This document shows positions 40,201 to 49,742 of a DNA stretch of 62,857 nucleotides, piece after piece. Both the position numbers and the translations under genes were made by a program. Each line of letters starts with the position of its first letter. Positions within the stretch are counted from its first letter, which is position 1. Source of the DNA: Mizuhopecten yessoensis (Eukaryota); the NCBI RefSeq assembly GCF_002113885.1, contig NW_018408801.1:1-62857 (forward strand), written 5' to 3'. Under the pieces are notes generated by a model. That model did no database searches. It was not told the DNA's origin and was given only the letters and a program-made list of their open reading frames with translations.

Positions 40201-43200
40201 AAAAAAAATGACTGCACACGCTAGACTAGCTATCAGTCTCTATGATTATCCCTTATTTCTTATTCATGTAAACTAACTTAAACCAGTCTACATGCTCCTG
40301 ACGATCAGAAACACACACTCGAGTCCATCAACAAGACATTTTACACGTGCATGTAATTATCAGTAAAGTATCAAAGTAGATTGTCTCAGGAAGATAGTCA
40401 TTCCAACACATACAACGTAGAATTGTTTATTGAATTATATTCCTAAAGTTTCATCTTTACGCTTACAATAGCAGATGTCTTACTCGTTCAAGTATTATCT
40501 ATCCAATGGTTTACAACAATATGCGGTTATTTTGATCATGTGATTGAGTATCATCATAATAAAACATCTTACAAAGGTTGCTACGAGTTGGTCCCAGGCA
40601 GAATGTTTATCAAATGTTGTCAAGAGCTGTATCTGTCTAACGTTGCCTTTACCAACACTGCTCATTATCTGGATCTGATGCACGACGGTCGGTTCAGCAA
40701 AGACGATTTCGATTCTGTTGTTGTTAGTTGTGTTGTCACCACACCATCCCTGTCCTTTTGGGTAACATAGGAACATGATTACCAGTTGTGTATTTATCAG
40801 CCGGACAGTCAATAAAACGATAAAAAACAATGGAGATTAAAGAGAAAAATACATTCGCTAAACTATGTGATTTTGATGAGATAATCATATATCTGATATT
40901 TTCGTTCTCCTTATTGCATCATAAAAACATTCTCAAATCTCTAACGCATGACGTCATCATTATTTGGACATTGGCACTAAGTTGTCACACATGTGCGATT
41001 TGAACCTCTTAGATTCTTATTCGAGCGTAAAGATGAAGGAGAAAATGAACTTAAAGTATATTCATAGTACGTTCCGTTTTGAATGTACAGAGCAACTGAT
41101 CCCATACTCGTATAGATGTACGTATTTCCGTGAAGGTTTGATGAGAACAATGATACATTAAAACTTTATAAAGTACAATGAAGTGGAACCGCACCAGCAT
41201 TATGGACAATTGATGTCTTCCAAAATGTAAATAAATAGTTGCCACGTTTGTTTGCTATACAACCGACGACATATCAACAGCTTCCTGATCCTATTAACAG
41301 AAAACGTTATCAAAGATAAATGAAAAGATGCAGAATAATTGAGTTTTTCCGGAAATCATCTATGTACTTACCATCAGGTGTGATTTGTGCTTTGTCGGCG
41401 TTATGTGAAGACACTGATATCATGGCCAGAGAGAGTTTCCCCTCCTTCCATAGGTCGTCCATACAGTCTGTAAGAATGAATATCAATTAGTGAATAGGAC
41501 ATAACATCTTCTTTTAGAACACATAGACAGATGAATGCAACATGAACGATTCAGTTGCAACAAAGCAGAACAGCTACTATGGGGGGGGGGGGGGGGGGGG
41601 GTTCTTATAACAACTAGTTTTTAAATTCACCCAACCATGATGAAAGATTATATTATAATATGAATAGTTTCAATAAATCAGTAGATATGGTTCGATTAAT
41701 TAATAGTTATTAATTAATTCTGTTCCCAAGTGGTATTATAAATTAGTTTTGGCAGTTTCCCCAATGATGGTCTTTATCAGAACGATTTCTCAGAAAAAAA
41801 TGACCTTGTTTACCACAGTGTTTAGCTGCAATGTTTCAATATAATTGTGATTTCTGCAAGACTTGAAGTGAGCCTAGATAAAATTGTCCCGGTCCATATT
41901 AATTATTAGTACTTTAGTATTGTGTTTAATTTGGAACATACTTATAAGTTATGACACATTGTCAACTGAATGTAATAGTGTGATGTACATAAACGGCGTA
42001 TTTAATATTCAATTAACTTTTTTTAAAGAGTGTATATACTTTTGACTTGTTTTTATGTATTTTAAGTCGCATGGCTATAACAATGAAATGATCTGTTTTA
42101 ATGAATGGGAAATTATTTTGAATTGTTTGGAAAAGGTGACATTAGCACAATACTTCTAATATTTACACATGTCAAAATAAGAATAAACCACTGTAGAGCA
42201 TCATTAATTTATCTAACACTAAAACAGTTATCCCACTGACCAGACCTCGTTTAGGGACATATTGAAATTTTCCTATACAAAATTGCCCTAGTTATACAGT
42301 CGTGTTAATGTCGGGCCGGGTAACAACAAAGCATCTCTTGCTTGAAATTAAGACGACCGGATTTTCAAGGCTCCAAATAACGTGAGGTGTCTGTGTGTAA
42401 ACAATAATATACGGATCTGGCTGTTGCATGTATTCTAATAGAGGAATCGCAACTGTGTAACCATATAGGATAACACATTTCATCTCCGTGCATCGTATCT
42501 GAGCAACCAGTAATCTGTTTTATTCGAATCCCTTTCAGTCATTTTGATATTCAAACCCATTTATCTTCCATGATGAAATGATTCGTTTGTAGATACCTAC
42601 AATGGTTCCTTTATACAAAGAGCCGGGTCTTATCAGTATCAACACACCTATAGATAAGAATATCTCACATGACACATATTGGTATTTAGCAGTGAGGTCA
42701 TACATATTTGTACCATTCATACAATTATCACGCTGTTTACAAATTATTTTTCGTATATCAAATCTCTAAAAGAATTGTTTCATTTTGATCAGTATCAATG
42801 TTAAAAATGATGGTTAACAATTATATACTGTACAGAGGATAGCATGTAATAACTGGCAATTATTTGACGAAAATAAAAGGATTAAAGAACACGAAAAAAA
42901 TACTTTTAAATTGAATTTTAAATTGAATGATAACAAACGTAGAGATAACTTTGTTATTGGCCAGTAATATTTCTTCTTGTTCACGTGATCCATATGATTA
43001 TATCATCAATATAATTTATATGATTCATGATGTCGTCACTCCGTCATAATAACGTTTGATATCAATCTCTAATGCCTTATAATAAATCGTTGTCCCAGCA
43101 TGCGATGTATGCACCACGTACACGCTTATCTGTTGATGTGAATTGTTTTAAATAGTCTCTTTTTCTGTAGTATACTTTACTGTGTGCTTACTGCCAACAT

Positions 43201-46200
43201 CGATAGCCTAACCTACCAACCGTTATTAGAGGTTACTATTTACAGGTAGCATTCCATAGTGTCAGATGAAAGGCGGATATTTTGTTTACGATCTACATAA
43301 CTACATGCGTGGGAGGTGCAACGACGTCTATGATCCCCCGTTACCTATTGGTGGCAAAGGTTGGACTACCCGTCGGACACACAACCAATAATGGAACTGC
43401 AATCTTAAATGTATGTTAACCATACATTTCATTACAAAGAATAATTATAATGTGGTGCAGGAAACGCCTACCCTTACAGAACACCTGGTTCCGTTTCCGG
43501 TTTGTGAGATTTTCTGATGACATTTCCTTTGTTTCTGTGGTTCCCTGTCACCGATTATTTTCTATTTCCGTCTATATTGTAGACTGCCCTTGTGTATCGA
43601 AATGATAATAATGACATGTCTTTAAACAGCGGATGTTTTGCAGGTATTTACCCCTCAACTGATCACTTCCGTCTTCATAACACTATCTAACTCCGATACA
43701 TGCGAGAAATCCTAATAACCTCATCAGTCTTAAATCCTACGACATGTCCTAGTCGGTTCCCATCATTGTGCCCCAACTCGTGAAAGGCGTACCTCACCTT
43801 TGGGTATACAGGTCTGGGTTGCTTGGATTCCTGTACATGTGACGCATCACGTTTTCTGTTACGAAGCATTATATATATTTTTGATATTCTACTACCACTG
43901 CCGCGAACAATATTACATGTTCTTCATAGTTGATGTGACAATAATACCCCACTGCCAATCAACTCCTGTACAAATCAGCTATGTAACTCCACAGTGGTTA
44001 ATCAATTGGTAAACAAACATGTATTGGGCGTTGCTTTACCTTTAAACAGCCGACTTTGGACAAATCTGCCTTAGCATTCTTTTAAAGCAGGTCAAAAGAC
44101 GAAAATGTTATCAACACTCAAATCGATGCTTATAATGTTACTACCAAACACTGTGAAATACCACAACGATTCTGAAAAAAATGAAAATAACAAGTTGTTT
44201 TTCATAAAAACACACTGAAAAGTCGTGAAATGTAAATGATCAAAATGATGCGAAACCACCAACACAGAAGACACAGTTGATTAGAAAGAGCAGAAAACGT
44301 GGAAAACAGTTAAAACAACCGTAAGAAAAGCTTGTTGCTTATTTTCGGATATAACCCAACAACTGACTTTCACAACCAAGCAAAAATTAACACCGGATGC
44401 TATAATCCCATCAAACTGAAGATGTATGATCCCGTGCTCTGTTCCATTTTGACCTTGACACTTGTATATATTGATGGTGCATACATATTCATTACATACC
44501 GCACAACTTGTCTTATACAATTATGCAATCAATGTACTGACATCGATATCACATATTTTGTATCGGTACACAGTTTGTTTATATCTCATTCTGAAACATT
44601 TACGTAATACTATCCTTTTTATGAAAGATGGACTTTACACACACACAGGATTTAAACCTTTAAGATTTAGCTATAGATACAGCATGCAAAAAACCGAATT
44701 ACACTCTGTCTCTGTAGAACTCTTAGGTGATCCTAATTACCTGAACATACTAAGACAAAATAAGACATCAGTAGGGAAGTAAAACTTGAACTAAAAGCTG
44801 CATACTATGGACAGAAAGATTTATATATCGTCCTTGAAAACTTATGGGTGGATAAGAGCAGGTCTTTTGAATATATCCGTCATGCAACTCTTGGTCAATT
44901 CAAGAGATGTCACATCATGAGCATCATTAAAAAGAAGATGTTGATATATGAAACGAATTCGGATGAGGTCATGATGACGGCAAGACAACTTGCCCTAACA
45001 CTAAATCAGCCTGCATGTCTCGAAAAAAAACGTATTGTAAGGTTGTCTTTCATCCTCTTTCATGGAAATGTAAATAATTATCGCATACTAAATACTGCAG
45101 GAATTTATCACATATTCTGGAAAAGAAATTGAATGACTTGTAAACTGTTCTGTTAAGCTTTTTGAAAATTTAAGCCTCGTGTGAAAACAAACGACAAGGC
45201 GACTAACAAATGGGCATAGACTTTTGGCCTTTTCCAAAACACAAGATATCCCCCTTAATTGTTCAAAACCATTGATTTATTTTGTCGATTGCATTTTACT
45301 GAAACGAAATCTCCAACAATAAAAGAACGAAGGTATTCCTTTAGTTTTGTATAAGATGCATTAGTGTAGAGAAATGAAAGATCAAATGGATATTGGCTGG
45401 TCGGGTGACACAGTGGTTAGCACAGGTGCCTTTCGCAAAGGCGACCTGGGTTTGATTCCCGAAAAGGTGAGGGGTCACCTTCCAGATAACCAGGGTTTTC
45501 TCGAGGAACTCCAGGTCCCTCCTACATTAAGACCCCTCGGGCGCTAGCATGAGAGCTATCAAGAGTAAGTGATATAAGTTAAGATGATTTGTTTTATAAT
45601 TGTTGTAAAATAGATTTACAGGTTAAAGGAAAGGACTTCATCAAATTAAACTGCGTGTTTGGAAACCCTGTGTCGTAAGTGTATCTGTCGACAGTTGACA
45701 TCCTTGCATTTTTTTTAACAAGAACATTTTAACACCGCATGTCGGGGAAACAGGGACTTTACTATTAAGAAAAGAATATTTCACGATCGTAAAATCGAAG
45801 TAGCCAACCGTCCTTGACGGACATTTTGTTAGTAAAGATCGAGGAAAGCAGCTGAAAGTTGTCCTTGGGTATATCGTTTATGATCGACGCTTTTAATATT
45901 TCTTTTCCATTAAAAGAAACCCAAACGCCCATATAGTTTAAGGTGCAATTTAAGGACTAGCAAGGTTTTTGTCATAAGCTCTGATATACGCTCAAGAAAT
46001 TATCAAGATTGATTGAAATATCCGTTGAGATCATCAACTCCGAAATCTGTTTTATTCCGCTGGACTAAACAGTGTCATAATACAACTGTAGCCAAGACTA
46101 AATAATAGTAAGTATGATTGTAAGGGGTTTGGATAATAGTTTGGTTGAGCAAATGTCAGAGCTAGTAAGCAAATGCTCCTTGCATGGATTCTTGTGAAGA

Positions 46201-46981
46201 TTCGGGATATATTACACACGGGACATGCCCGAATCCTTATCATTAACAAACAGTTGGAAATGATTGTAACATAGAAACATAATCTGTTGATAAAAATGGG
46301 AAATATTGAAGTAGGACTACCTTTGTTTTCCAGCAAGTTTGTTTACATAATATAAATGTGTTTGCAACCAAAGATAATGTTATTAGACTTTGTTTGCCGA
46401 CACAGCCAAATACTTATCTTGCAGATCGGTCAGTGTGGTTCATACATACCGACTTGTGTGTGGTTTAGATTTCTGATTTCAAGCTACTTAATCAATTAAG
46501 AATGACGACCTTGATATAACTGAACCCACGTTGAGAGTGAATCGATTTAAGAATGCTTTCAGTTTGCCCATTGTCTAGCGTAGTCTTCAACAAAATGCAT
46601 AAGTACTTTGAAATCATTTTCGAATTGATGGCAAAAGTCTCTCAATACTTTGAATACATACGATTATTATTATTATATGGTTATAGCATACCGATAAACT
46701 AAAGCCCTGCTGAATATGTGATTGTAAAGTCAAAAGGATTCCACATCATTGCATAATTCATTTGAAATGTTAATTTTATCATTTTGCTCTTTTCCCCGAT
46801 TTATTGTGCATAGAAATAACGAAAATGCCTGTATAAAACACTTGTCAATAACAACCACTAAAACTGCGTTTGTATATCCAAACATTAATTATACAAACTA
46901 ATTGGACTCACCTGTTTTTTCCATCTGGCAGGCCGCCAATCCAATAATGGCGAGGAAGAGCAACGGTCGTGTTGCAAACAT
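15187..46981 (-). CDS. Giant type I membrane protein, VWDE-like (VWD + EGF) with N-terminal F5/8C, EGF, four LamG/pentraxin-like and mucin modules; 35 exons, 7128 nt, ~2375 aa
   Basis: Hand-spliced, phase-consistent GT-AG exons: 46981-46912, 41467-41372, 40754-40573, 39561-39426, 39083-38985, 38803-38786, 38362-38246, 38009-37798, 37341-37194, 36570-36475, 36252-35605, 35274-35227, 33286-32648, 32025-31972, 31649-30999, 30195-30157, 28339-27482, 25983-25861, 25465-25083, 24802-24716, 24480-24061, 23786-23710, 23378-23315, 22559-22284, 22123-22021, 21595-21487, 21167-21031, 20479-20364, 19790-19647, 18994-18829, 17856-17654, 17470-17240, 16832-16712, 16230-16086, 15298-15187. The frame is open throughout. 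AATAAA at 15124-15119. Confidence 0.85.
15955..16083 (+). mobile_element. Degenerate HINE-type 3' end
   Basis: ACAC/GGAC microsatellite-like run, then CTATATACCTCT...AGGGGTATAATT, abutting the donor of the TM exon. Confidence 0.45.
16712..20479 (-). CDS. Giant gene post-VWD region: RGKR site, Cys-rich helical segment, EGF and juxtamembrane Cys-rich domain (6 exons)
   Basis: GRGKRQ...EAKDVC...IDNCAADL...CSEDCQNGNCTQGVCQCEPGFAGTDCS...GQNFVESPTLTC...CVIDEACY. Confidence 0.85.
18287..18600 (-). mobile_element. Two degenerate tRNA-derived (SINE-like) heads
   Basis: Minus-strand B boxes GGTTCGATTCCC (~18315-18300) and GGTTCGAACCCC (~18565-18550), with an A-box-like TAGCTTATTAAGTTAGAGC. No complete cloverleaf. 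Confidence 0.5.
21031..23786 (-). CDS. Giant gene von Willebrand factor type D (VWD) domain (6 exons)
   Basis: [28 protein letters not shown]...SCNCAVAIKSGDD...FLNIWVKPS..D...TEGLCGVYDRNRGND...FSMKW. Confidence 0.92.
24061..25983 (-). CDS. Giant gene mucin-like PTT(K/P) stalk and Cys-containing pre-VWD region (4 exons)
   Basis: TTPKPTTTKKPTTPKP...TTTPR repeats, then FTCAF...VTCSIQARY...INSTAPPQMFCCQGCKGQC...W..LIQIPITAMVD. Confidence 0.8.
26779..27314 (+). mobile_element. Non-autonomous Helentron-associated (HINE/DINE-1/pearl-like) element in an intron
   Basis: ACAAGAG start. Sub-terminal inverted repeat ATACGCCCGTC (26810-26820) / GACGGGCGTAT (27300-27310). (GGAC)n microsatellite remnant. 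3' hairpin CCCGTCGAA-T-TTCGACGGG (27287-27305). Confidence 0.7.
27482..28339 (-). CDS. Giant gene Thr/Pro mucin repeat (TTKAPTTPP) plus LamG/pentraxin-like domain 4 (858-nt exon)
   Basis: Minus-strand reading PTTKAPTTPP repeats, then CLGNLDMCQSGIT...MSSGGE...GIALVY...VSWALDKGLILYVD. Confidence 0.88.
30999..31649 (-). CDS. Giant gene LamG/pentraxin-like domain 3 (651-nt exon)
   Basis: CLQDLTTCDNGFT...FSSGGD...GIALYL...WHTYQVSWNDVDGFIVYIDG. Confidence 0.88.
32648..33286 (-). CDS. Giant gene LamG/pentraxin-like domain 2 (639-nt exon)
   Basis: CLQAIDTCSHGFS...LSNGGD...GVALLY...EISWSKTLGSKLYING. Confidence 0.88.
33562..33735 (-). pseudogene. Relic (pseudo-exon) duplicate of the 5' end of the LamG-2 exon
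   Basis: Retains the TTTGCAG acceptor. In a shifted frame it encodes LVGNIMQTTSLLKQNIHGHVTL versus the real IVGNVIQTTSNLTLNIHGHVTL. Confidence 0.7.
35605..36252 (-). CDS. Giant gene LamG/ConA/pentraxin-like domain 1 (single 648-nt exon)
   Basis: CLRDIRSCSSGFT...ISNGGD...GLTLYY...WQHLEISWSSSLGIELLNNG. Confidence 0.88.
36475..36570 (-). CDS. Giant gene EGF-like exon 2
   Basis: CSSGFCKNGGTCVGQQQCACTRGFYGSDC. Confidence 0.9.
37194..38362 (-). CDS. Giant gene F5/8 type C domain 2 (3 exons)
   Basis: CMARQGLGDNTLSSDHLRVSTS...GRLN...GGWCPAHADLTPWYEVMF...ALRIYPLTSEINPCFRFDVLGC. Confidence 0.85.
38985..39083 (-). CDS. Giant gene EGF-like exon 1
   Basis: [28 protein letters not shown]. Confidence 0.9.
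39426..41467 (-). CDS. Giant gene F5/8 type C (discoidin) domain 1 (3 exons)
   Basis: CMDDLWKEGKLSLAMISVSS...GQGWC...IEIVFAEPTVVHQIQI...KMRINIVSFDHSPCMRLQLFGC. The ending CMRL.L.GC is typical of FA58C. Confidence 0.8.
41581..41601 (+). repeat. G21 homopolymer in intron 1
   Basis: Directly visible. Confidence 0.95.
45395..45612 (+). mobile_element. tRNA-derived V-domain SINE (BivaV-like), degenerate
   Basis: A box TGACACAGTGGTTAG and B box GGTTTGATTCCC. The core GGGTTTTCTCGAGGAACTCCAGGTCCCTCCTAC (45493-45525) resembles the V-SINE core GGGTTTTCTCCGGGTACTCCGGTTTCCTCCCAC. Confidence 0.7.
46912..46981 (-). CDS. Giant gene exon 1: signal peptide MFATRPLLFLAIIGLAACQMEKT
   Basis: CAAC-ATG context, hydrophobic core and phase-1 donor CAG|GTGAGT. 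Confidence 0.8.
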
Positions 46982-48730
46982 GTTGCTATTCTTTTTAATA
47001 AATCCTCCTTTTGGGCATCAAAACGAACACAAATTATAACCTTAACACGAAACAATTATTTTTCGGCGAATATAGTTAGAAGAATATCAAATGTCAAACT
47101 ATGTTCAAGCAATCAAATAACCGTATGCTAAATTATAAACCTATAGTTTATTACTGTGTCTTATCCACGCTCTTGGTATTCAGTTCGAAAAAAGAAATCT
47201 AGTTAACATTCTGGATTCTAAAGGAACATATTCTCATAACTGATATGTAACGAAAGGATGATGAAAAGATATGAGACATTTTTTTTGTGATACCTACATC
47301 AAAACATTTAATTCCAACCGTTTCTTCAAAGCCACATGTACCCACAAGGATATTTGTTCCTATTCTTTCTTTTATATAGACTTTATATTATTACCACACC
47401 CATATCTACTATTTCAATTTTGATTTGGGTACGTCATACCAAAGATATATGTCTTAGCAGGTCGTTTAAAGTTCAGAGGGGACCCAATCCCCACTGAGAC
47501 GTTGCCTCTATCAGAGAGTACAGGTACCTTTTGTAGCCGGGTGATTTATAAAGATGCCCCCTTTCACGGTAAATATTAGCTGTGTGGGTGCCTGTCGCTT
47601 GGAGTAGATAACGTCTCAACTTAGCGTATGAATTCCTGTGCCGAATTTATCCATCTGTAATCGTACGCTCGACACAGCCGAATCAATAAGGTCGATAAAA
47701 TCCAACCCTGTACATCGCTAGTCATATATTAAGGATCTAGTGTAACCAGTCTTATCGATGATAAAACCATTCGTAAACATTTAGATGTGTCAAGATTGGA
47801 AAAAGTTTAGCCGCATCGGTTACGCCCAAATCCTCCTTATAGGAATATTACTTTCGTCAAAATTAACAATTGTATGTAAAAGAAATTTCTATTAAGCTTA
47901 TTCCATTATACAGCCGCACTATTTACTTTCATATATAATAAGATTTACGGATCCCATTATATTCATTTTAAATTTATTTGCTGGTGACATTTGACAATGT
48001 TTCAGTGGCTACCCTTAAGGCTAGAATCTTGTAAAAACCTAATAAGGTTTCTCCAAACTGTAGTGCTTCAAATTGAAATGATATTTCCCTATCATACACC
48101 AATATATTACACTTCAATTTTTAAAGACATTTTAAAAGGGTACAGAGGCATAATTACGTGATCAGTTCAAAATAATTCCTATGGATGTTATCACAAAATG
48201 GTATCATATTATTGCTGGTTACAAAGTCTACATCTCAGTTGGTTAGCAACTCCAGATTATTTTCAAAATATTCAGGAGTAAAGTGTTATATGTGCAACAA
48301 GAAGTAAAGATAAACAAAATGCTACAATTTGAGACATTAAGATTTCAAACTCGTGAGTACTGAAAACAATATGTTTTGAATCCAAATTTGGAAATGACAA
48401 TTTGTGATATATATATAATTACATGCTGTTATAGTGCTTGAAAACCTGTTTACTGTTTACTGTGTGAAACAAATTATCAATTTAAAATCCTACATCTCTT
48501 GTTACTCGTGTTATAAGATATGCAAAACTAAAACCTCCCTGGTAAGTTGAACTTTATAAAAAAAACTCTCAGAACAGTATCAGCAAAGGGGCAACGCAAA
48601 CACTCCCATCGTGACGGGATTAACAGATTAATAATAAAACATTTTAAACAAGTTTGAAACTAGGCAGTTTTTAAACATATCCCTTTCCCCAAACCCAAAC
48701 CATTATTAGTAGGGTTTATTGCATTGAATG

Positions 48731-49099
48731 TAATTATTAACGGCTTTCAAACTATCTAATTAAATTAAAATTCATACCCTTTTCATATCATGAATAAGAA
48801 CAGTTACAAGTATATGCCAATACATAACGAGACTACCAAGATATATTAGCCATTGTCATTTTCAGCAGGTAGCAAAATATCTTATTTGTGAGGTAGTTTA
48901 GACTGAGTCAGGCTGGTAAGATAACCCTCGCCCACTCAAGGTGATATTGCCACAGGTGCAATATCCTCACGTCTTACGATAATCTGTCAATTCATTGTAT
49001 AAAGTTCCGGAAACAGATCCGTTTTCCGTATATGTGTTTTATAATTTTACGATTACGTCTGTCCCATCCTGTCTGACAACTGGTTTATTTTCACTCCGT
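48731..49099. repeat. ~370-bp direct duplication, copy A (upstream of the lectin gene)
   Basis: Near-identical to 50660-51029. Confidence 0.95.
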
Positions 49100-49742
49100 G
49101 CTGGATCTCACTTGACATGAAATTATCCAAACATATTATATCCGTTATAAATTGTCGGTTTGAACATTTAATGAAGTAAAACAACATTGGGAATTTCTAA
49201 AGTATGATGTCGATCATAAGTAAGTGGAACCTGTGCTTGGTGACTGACGTGCTGTCCTAGATTTGACAAGAGATACCATGCTGAGTGTCATGTGTGGTAT
49301 AGGAACAGCAGAAAGAAATCCTGGCCTAACTTTAAACGTTGTTCATTATAGTTCATTGTTCTTTATTTTATATCTCCTCACTTCGTTTTCAGTCTTTTAT
49401 ATCCTCTTAGATGTTGTAGTGTGTGGGTGTTTTTTGGTGTTTTTTTATAAACAAAATAAAGTCATTCATTATATTTTAATAAAATGGTTACTTCATCAAA
49501 TACATTTATTGTTACAGTGTTTTGTGGTCCACATAAGTTTACCTAAATTTAATCAAAACCCGATACATTGGTATTTAGATATTATTATTTCATTCTCAAA
49601 ACAATCCAACTATCAACTTTAAGCCAAATATTTACCTTGGATGTGAACAGACATATGTAGATAACGCACCACGTAGTGTCAGCTATTCATATGAACAACA
49701 TTCAGACAGAATTCATTAAGGGGACAAATTAAGACCACAATA

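Noticed and set aside
7015-43730. CTGATGA hammerhead-core matches (for example ~7020, 34953, 35134, and 43727 on the minus strand)
   Set aside because: I found no properly spaced GAAA or flanking helices.
43687-43869. ORF containing HELGH (zinc-metalloprotease-like)
   Set aside because: The third His is not at the HExxHxxGxxH position and there is no supporting exon structure; likely chance.
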